A DNA stretch of 64,000 nt, taken from the NCBI GenBank assembly GCA_002269645.1, contig NIVC01002814.1, positions 1 to 64,000 on the forward strand, given 5' to 3'. Made by a program: the position numbers and the translations under genes. Each line of letters opens with the position of its first letter. Position 1 is the stretch's first letter. Of the stretch, positions 56,719-64,000 are shown piece by piece. Origin of the DNA: Macrostomum lignano (Eukaryota). The notes beneath the pieces were generated by a model. That model did not search any database. It was not told the origin of the DNA and saw only the letters and a program-made list of their open reading frames with translations.

Positions 56719-57419
56719 CAGCCATGGTTGTTTGACAAGACAAATAGCTTTTTATCTCACTACACGCTTTCCTGATTTCTTACAAGACGCAAGCGAAACC
56801 AGCACTCATCACAGTGTGTCTATGGTCAAACCAAGACACTCAACTCAGTGGTCTATGGGTAAAACAACTCCTAAAACAGCCAATTGAAGCATGATAAAAA
56901 AGTTTGGAATAATGACAGCGACAAAAGTGTGGAATAATGGCCGCAAAAGTGTGGAATAATGACTGCGCCCTGAGTGAAAATATAAGTACAATGCACTTGT
57001 ATAGTATACAACCTACCATTGCACGCTTTTGTCTATATGTTTTTCGGCAGTAAGCCTTTTTGGCAACAATTCAACTATTTGCCGGCTGTTTTAGACTGTT
57101 GCCGAAAAATTAGCCGATGCATTTGGCTCTAGGAAAGAATGGAAACATAACAAACGACGTGATGACAAGAACTCCGTTGTAACGCTTGAATGATTCTCCG
57201 GTAATGATGTTCACCTCGAGATTGACGGACGGGGATTGCAGGTGCCGTTGAATGGTCGCACGAAAACAGATGCGAGACTTCGGCACGTAGTATGATCCAT
57301 CCTGCTTTCAAAGACACGAATAGAAAAGCCTCAGATAATCGTTCAGGAATCGATTCGGTACGCGGTACGCGCTCAAACTCCTGGCAGAGGCCTGTTCTCA
57401 AAGAGGAGCTGGCGGAACC

Positions 57420-57644
57420 TTGCCCAACGTGAAGTTTTCGTTGAGGCTCGGTAGAGATTTCGGCCCAGGTTCTTTCTCAATCCGGTCCAGAATTTACAAA
57501 TCTTCGCTAGATACGAATCTTTACCAGTTATGCACGAACTTTTGCCACCACTTTCTGGTAGGCGCCTCGAACGTGTCCAGCCTGAACGTGTCCATCCTCT
57601 ATGGCAAGAAGTTTATGGCCTCAGCAATTCAATGGCTCCCTTAA
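57420..57644 (+). mobile_element. Possible 5' remnant of a LINE (start of APE endonuclease)
   Basis: FLVGASNVSSL resembles the APE start motif (VG.WNVRSL), but the downstream ETR motif is absent and the frame ends quickly. Confidence 0.25.
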
Positions 57645-58086
57645 ATTGATTTCTTTAATTCTTAATTTGACTTCTCTAACAATTGTCAATGTCGAAATTC
57701 TAAGGTAATATTATATTGTTTGATTCAATGTTTAATGCATGTTTGTGTTTTTTGTAACAACTTGCACAGCATTTTTGTCTTCTTAGCAAAATCTCGTAGA
57801 TTTGATTTTTTAGATACTCGTAACAAGTGGTCTATTCAGTGTTGTTGAACGAGGTATCCCTGCTTTTTTATATCTGTATCAATCAAATTTTCTGAGCTGA
57901 GGCAAACTCAAAGAAACAGCTTTCTTTCTTCAAAATTTTTCAATCATTTTTACCGCGTAAAAATCTTTAACATTGGTTTATTTTGGGACATTTATGTTGT
58001 ATTTTGATAGACCAAACAAAGCTCAGTGCATGAGTGAGTCTGACAGATGTCTTCAGTCAAGCGCCAAAGAATTTAATCAGGCAGCA

Positions 58087-60340
58087 TCAGTTCTTCCTAG
58101 TGGACAGGTATGGCCGGGCCTGTGACAAGAGAAGGCAGATCTGAGAATAGCCATAAAGTTGATTGAAAGTGCACAACAGTAATCTTAATAACTTACACTA
58201 GTCGGGCACTTGAATGGTCCACCAGGAGTCCAGGATGTTGACTTTTGGCCAACTGGTTCAATCTAAAAAGAGCGTCGTTTGATGTTGCTTATGCTCAAGT
58301 CGTATGTCTGCAATTTTTTAAGTTGCACTTAAAAACTCACCATGTTGTTCCACAGAGCCTTGGCGCTCTCATCGTGACCCTTCCGACTGAAGTGGAAGCA
58401 GTCAGGAGCGAAGTAGGACTGGTCGTACTTGCCCTGCAGATTGAGGGGGTTGGGGAAGTAGAATACTTTCGAACAAAGACTAGCCTACCAAAACAACAGA
58501 GACTCACGTTGATCCTCGGCGGCTTGCTGTTCTTGAAGAACGGCTGGTTCACCACGGTGAAGTCCTCGCGAGTGTCGTATCGACCAGAGTCGACCAGCTG
58601 ACGCAGTCGGCTCTGGTACTCGCCGATGATGGCCTGAACCTCGCGCTCCTCGGCCTCGTTCTCCGGGAAGGCGCCACATCTGCACAGCAGGGAGCCCTGA
58701 AGCACGTTGCAAATCGAGCTGCCGTCCTTGAGCTCCTTGACCAGGGAGACATCCAGAAGTTCAGCAACATTGACGAAAGCTTTGGGCACATTGGCGTGTA
58801 GATAATCAAGAGCTTCGCGGATGTGCTTGATGTAGTTGTCAGCGCTGAACTCCCTCTGAAGATGTTCGATGAGTGAGTTTCTGCTCATTAGATATTACAG
58901 AATGTGCAGTCAGGTTACTAGAGTTGTAGACAGCATAAACCAACCCAAAGAATGTATATTTCTCTTGCCTTGTCTTTGCAGTAGTTGCACACATCGTTGC
59001 CACCAATGAACAGGGTGATGAGCTTCCAATCGTTGTTGAAGTTCACATTTGGGTCAGACTGCAGCTTGCTGACCAGCAGTTTAGCCTGACCAGGCATATG
59101 GCTGCAATGTTTTCAAGTTGGCATCAAATAATTTGAACATTTAGAGAAGTTTCAGTGGATATAAAACACCGAACTTGAGCGTCACTCACGAAGCAACGTT
59201 GCCTGGCACGGCCACATTGAGCACCGAGTTGCGGTTGTGAACGGAACCGGAACCAGTGGAGTGGCCGTACAGGTTGTTATTGTTCTGCCTCAGCACGTCT
59301 GAAAACAAATGAGGGCTTTGGCTATGCATGGGTCGTTCTACTGAACACTCGTAGCATCAAACAAGTTAGAATGAAGGATTAGCTTACTAGCGAGAGTGGT
59401 GTGCTGACTGAGCGAGACCTGCCCACCGATGCTAAAAAAAGGTTTTAGTGCTATGTGCATTCGATGCTAATGCGCAAGGCTAAATATAATGAAAACCCAC
59501 ATGGACATAGTGGCGTTCCAGCATCTCTGACATTCTATTTGTAAGGCATGTTGGCTGGCACTGATGGGGGAGAACACGGAATTGGAAATTGACTGCCTTA
59601 ACAATGTTATTTGGTCTGTAAAAGATCCTAATCACACGACAGATGTATACATTTCACCGGTTAAGTGCATGCAGGGTCAGGAAGTGGATCAACGAACCTC
59701 CAGGCGTAGCCGCGGTACTCGGTCAGCAGTCCCAGGATGCTGGTGGCCAGGGCGCCGTTGGCGGCGGTCAGCGAGTCTCCCATGGCGCCGATGACGTCGA
59801 TGTCGCCAGGTCGCAGTCGGTGCGCGGAGGTCGGCCGGCTCGGCGACCGGTCCAGCTGGCAGCTGAACGGCGCGCTATCGGCAAGCGGTTCAGCCTCCAG
59901 CTTCTCGGGCTTGGCGGCCAGGATGTCGCGGAACTCGGCGCTCTCGTCTAGCTCCCTGACAATCTTGTACATGGCGCTAGTCCAGGCGGAGCCGCTGGGC
60001 GAGTGCTTTGAGCGGAGCTCCGGGATACGGCCGGTCAGGTAGTTGATGGCGTCACGCTCGTGCTGGTGGTCTGTCAGGTAGGAATGAGGTTGATGAGTCG
60101 GGTAGGGATCAGGTAGATGAGTTGGGTAGGGATCAGGTAGATGAGTCAGGTAGGGATCAGGTAGATGAGTCAGGTAGGGATCAGGTTGATGAGTCAGGTA
60201 GGGATCAGGTTGATGAGTCAGGTAGGGATCAGGTTGATGAGTCAGGTAGGGATCAGGTAGATGAGTCGGGTATTGAGTAACTCACCAGCAAGCGAAGCAT
60301 TCACAAAGCAGGCGATAATTGCTATGATCAGCACTTTCAT
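58087..60340 (-). CDS. Phospholipase B1-like secreted SGNH/GDSL lipase, copy B (417 aa, 9 exons; one GC-AG intron)
   Basis: Exons 60340-60286, 60070-59698, 59431-59388, 59298-59190, 59101-58969, 58855-58508, 58433-58341, 58262-58197 and 58119-58087 total 1254 nt. Exon structure matches copy A except for one extra codon in exon 2. GDSLT, GGND and APDCFH are intact. The intron 5 donor is AAG|GCAAGA. Confidence 0.94.
60074..60272. repeat. ~24-25-bp minisatellite (GTCAGGTAGGGATCAGGTAGATGA)
   Basis: Fills lipase B intron 1. Confidence 0.92.
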
Positions 60341-62164
60341 GTTGGCTTTGTCTGCTTGTATTTGACTGTAACTTGAAATAAACAAAAATCTAATTAACTG
60401 ACCGAGCCAATTTAATGGATTTGCTTTTATTGTTTTTCCTAGTTGGTAGCTAAATTGATATGGACTCCCAACAGCAGGTGACCGACTCTCATTGTTTAAT
60501 TAATGCTTATCATGTTAGGCAATAAAATATAGTCAGCTAATAGTTACGAAATTATTAAAACCCCTGAAAACACACCTGCCGTTTTCTGAGTAGGCCTGGG
60601 TAGGTGTCTTGAAATTAGCTCAGCAGCTGTTTTATCAGTTAATGTTCCGAATTTACGATTCTACGTCGTATTGTCATTTTTCTTAGAAGTTATCCAAGTT
60701 GCAAAAACGCCTCATCCAATTAAATCAGTATTTAAAATCAACTCGGTAAAAAAGATACACTTGCAGTTTGAAATTTTGTTATAACAGCCTCTCTCATTTT
60801 ATAATTTATTGATTTTATTGATTTATCGATCTTTAAATAAACAGAGATGACCTCAAGGACTTTTTCATCTCTCTGGACGGTAAACTTGCGAATTATGGTG
60901 ATAAAGGTCTTAGGCTCGTTTAGATGCTTTGTCTATGGCCAAGCTGTACACAAATATGAAGTCTTTTTGGGTTTCACTTTTAGCTGAAGAGAAGGCCGCA
61001 CACCTAGGTTAGTGCGAAGACGCTGTTATGATTGAAAAGGGACCATTTACCATCAATTTTTGACGGAATTCCAAGTTCGTGACTCGTTCTAAACTAAAGG
61101 TTTGCATTTGAAAAACAAAACTTTGATGGGGCTTGTTTAAACCGCTTATACCGTGGGCCAAGCATGCTTCTTTATTTTGCAATTCGTTAAGTCTTGGACG
61201 CTGAGCGTACAGAGAGAGGCGTTCTGTCAAAGGATCGGCGCACAGGGCAGGACGAACTTCCCCTCTCTATCAGTCAAAGGGCAACCAGCACTCGCACAGA
61301 CCGACTCTGTGGTGGATTCTGGACAGCTCCGCGTCTCCCAAGGCAGTACAGGCAAAAATAGCGTTCTCGGTGCCACCTGCCTCGTTGTTGGACTCGCCGC
61401 CATCCCACAGCCTGGAGTCGACATTTACGTTGCCCAGCTTTAGCCTCCGCTTGGATCCCCACTGCCCGGGGTCCGCGTCACGCGTCCACCATGATCACCA
61501 AACCGCTCTCTGACTTCTGTCACTGCACTGACCAGCTTTCTCGAGGTCGTCTTCGTAGCCAGACAGACACAGCGCTTCAAGAACACCCGGCTTCTCCTGG
61601 AGCAGCCGCAGTCCCTCACGGACTTGCTGCACTTGTCGAACACGAACAGCTGGCAGCGGACTGTCCCGGCGGGTAGCTAGATTAAGCGCGCCAGGAACAA
61701 GCGCGCATTTTCGCACATATTTTACATGGTTCGGAATAAGCGCGCAGTTAACTTTCCACAGACCGGGAATAAGCGCGCAGTATTTTTGATCGATACAGGA
61801 AAAATCGCGCACGAGTTTTCCCATGACTTGGAACAAGCGTGCCAAAAGTTTACCCGCTTTCGGAATGAGCGCGCAGCTGCTTTTGTACTGACGGGATTAA
61901 GCGCGCAAATGATTATTTTAACTGACTGACTGCAGGGGTCTGAAATTTTCAAAGGGCATGGGCATGGGCCTTTAGGCTCAATATTTGACTGACTGGCCAC
62001 AGTTGGCTCTCTCGGCTTCTGATTGGCTGCAGGGGTGCAATGTACAGTGCCCAGCGCATGGAGCGTGCAAATCAGGTTGTGGGCCTGATATGACTTACAC
62101 TTTCAATTGCGGCGTTTAAAAGCCGATTACACTGCGATCAAATTATTCACTGTTACTTCTAGCT

Positions 62165-62900
62165 ATGGAGTGCATAGAAGGAAACCGTTGCGGTTCAAAA
62201 ATTTTTGTAAAGGACGAATTCGTCTATCGAAAAGACAGTGGCAGAGATAGAAGCAAAGTCGGTTTCCGCTGCTGCGACAAACACTGTCCTGGTCGCCTAC
62301 TGCAGCATCAAGACGGTAGCCTGAGTGTGACATCAGTCCACAATCACGAAGCAGAGGGACAGCGTCTGGAGCTTCTGTACTTAAAGAGTAGACTTAAAAG
62401 AAGAGCTGAAGATTCGAGTGCCACTCTTCGAGACATTTTTGATGTCGAGACTGCTAGATCGTCAAGGTGCAGCATCCATCGGCTTTGCAGAGATAGAGTC
62501 GACCCTGTATAAACAGCGCCGCCGAATTCTGCCTCCTCTGCCGGCTGACGCCGGTGCTGCCTGTCACGCCATTATGGATGCACCAGAGAGATTCCGGCAC
62601 TGCGGCGACGTGTGTGTTTTGCAGGGTTCTGTTACGTCTGCAGATGGCGGAGTTGCAATTTTTTTTGGACATCCTGACCTACTGCCACGCCTCAAGCAAG
62701 CAGACACGTGGGGCATTGATGGCACTTTTAAAACCGTGCCGAGAATTTTTTATCAGCTTGTCACAATTGGTTTTATAAAAAACGACAGCTTTTGGCCGAC
62801 GCTGTATGTTTTGCTGAATAGGAAGAATTTACATGTATTTAGAAAGCTTCTGGATTTTCCGCGTTGGAGTCCAGCGCCTCTCAGTGCACGGGAAAACTGA
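62165..62900 (+). pseudogene. FLYWCH zinc finger plus N-terminal half of a MULE transposase, frameshifted and truncated
   Basis: FVYRKD...FRCCDKHCPGRL...HNH (FLYWCH-type). After a shift at ~62460 the frame reads TWGIDGTFKTVPRIFYQLVTI...PTLYVLLNRK (first catalytic Asp). The DFE and catalytic Glu regions are missing. Confidence 0.88.
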
Positions 62901-62971
62901 GTTTCTGACGCTGGTGTCTCACGCGTCTGAGAAAATGGCTGACCAAATGATGGCAACAAAACGGCAAGCCG

Positions 62972-63662
62972 ACCAGCCGGCTCTGGACTCTCAGCCTGTC
63001 TCGTATCAGCAGCTCCAGCCGGCTCTGGACTCTCAGCCTGTCTCATATCAGCAGCTCCAGCCGGCTCTGGACTCTCAGCCTGTCTCGTATCAGCAGCTCC
63101 AGCCGGCTCTGGACTCTCAGCCTGTCTCATATCAGCAGCTCCAGCCGGCTCTGGACTCTCAGTCTGTCTCATATCAGCAGCTCCAGCCGGCTCTGGACTC
63201 TCAGCCTGTCTCGTATCAGCAGCTCCAGCCGGCTCTGGACTCTCAGCCTGTCTCGTATCAGCAGCTCCAGCCGGCTCTGGACTCTCAGCCTGTCTCGTAT
63301 CAGCAGCTCCAGCCGGCTCTGGACTCTCAGCCTGTCTCGTATCAGCAGCTCCAGCCGGCTCTGGACTCTCAGCCTGTCTCGTATCAGCAGCTCCAGCCGG
63401 CTCTGGACTCTCAGCCTGTCTCGTATCAGCAACTCCAGCCGGCTCTGGACTCTCAGCCTGTCTCGTATCAGCAGCTCCAGCCGGCTCTGGACTCTCAGCC
63501 TGTCTCGTATCAGCAACTCCAGCAGGCTCTGGACTCTCAGCCTGTCTCGTATCAGCAGCTCCAGCCGGCTCTGGACTCTCAGCCTGTCTCGTATCAGCAA
63601 CTCCAGCCGGCTCTGGACTCTCAGCCTGTCTCGTATCAGCAGCTCCAGCCGGCTCTGGACTC
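62972..63662. repeat. 42-bp minisatellite (CAGCCGGCTCTGGACTCTCAGCCTGTCTCGTATCAGCAGCTC), ~16 copies
   Basis: Inside the MULE, occupying the position of the lost transposase C-terminus. Confidence 0.96.
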
Positions 63663-64000
63663 TTTCCAGTACCTAGGAATATCGATGCGCGCTTATTACA
63701 GTATTTTGATATATCGCAGCGCGCCTATTCCAACATTTTTCCGTGCGCACTTGTTCCCTGCGCGCTTATTCCGACATTTTTCCGTGCGCGCTTGTTCCCT
63801 GCGCGCTTATTCCGACGTGTGCAAAAAAATACACGTGCGCGCTTATTCCTGGCGCGCTTAATCAGCCCTCCCGTCCCGGCTGAAGAGCGAGGAGGACTCT
63901 GGATTCTAGTTGCGAAAACTCGACAGCCTACCGAGAGAACTACGGGCTGACGCAAAAAGTACAGAATAGTACAGTCTTGAACCGAGAAATTGTTGTCATG

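Larger units (their letters stand above)
61671..63872 (+). mobile_element. Mutator/MULE element (2.2 kb) with truncated FLYWCH-MULE transposase
   Basis: TIR core GATTAAGCGCGCCAGGAA(C/T)AAGCGCGCA at 61680- and -63863, extending to GGG/CCC ends. 8-bp TSD GTCCCGGC at 61663-61670 and 63873-63880. AATAAGCGCGC subterminal repeats at both ends. Confidence 0.88.

Overview
This window is repeat-rich animal DNA with GT-AG introns. It is not prokaryotic, and I found no CRISPR array, rRNA or intact tRNA gene. The intronic minisatellites and the LINE type suggest a free-living flatworm such as Macrostomum, but that is inference only. Host genes: (1) a 4-exon CPEB2-4/Orb2 gene (886-9607, +) with a Q-rich N-terminus and several frameshifts; (2) a single-exon secreted orphan protein (14286-15266, +); (3) an intact 3-exon extracellular, probably GPI-anchored alpha-carbonic anhydrase (17571-20135, -); (4) a divergent RPS18/uS13 (38119-38577, -); (5) two intact 9-exon phospholipase-B1-like SGNH/GDSL lipase paralogs (49060-52664 and 58087-60340, -). 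Mobile DNA is abundant. An 8.7-kb CCCTA-terminated CMC (CACTA/Mirage/Chapaev) element with 2-bp CA TSDs encodes an EnSpm-type transposase and an intact 5-exon BEN-like-domain gene, and carries a nested dead mariner. Also present are a second, non-autonomous CCCTA element, hAT- and Mutator-type MITEs with clean TSDs, a truncated FLYWCH-MULE, a CORE-SINE, an RTE-like LINE fragment, and a Crypton-like tyrosine-recombinase remnant flanked by hairpin cassettes inside an array of CCATAGAC motifs. About 18 distinct tandem-repeat families fill introns and intergenic space. All coordinates were derived by hand and may be off by a few bases.
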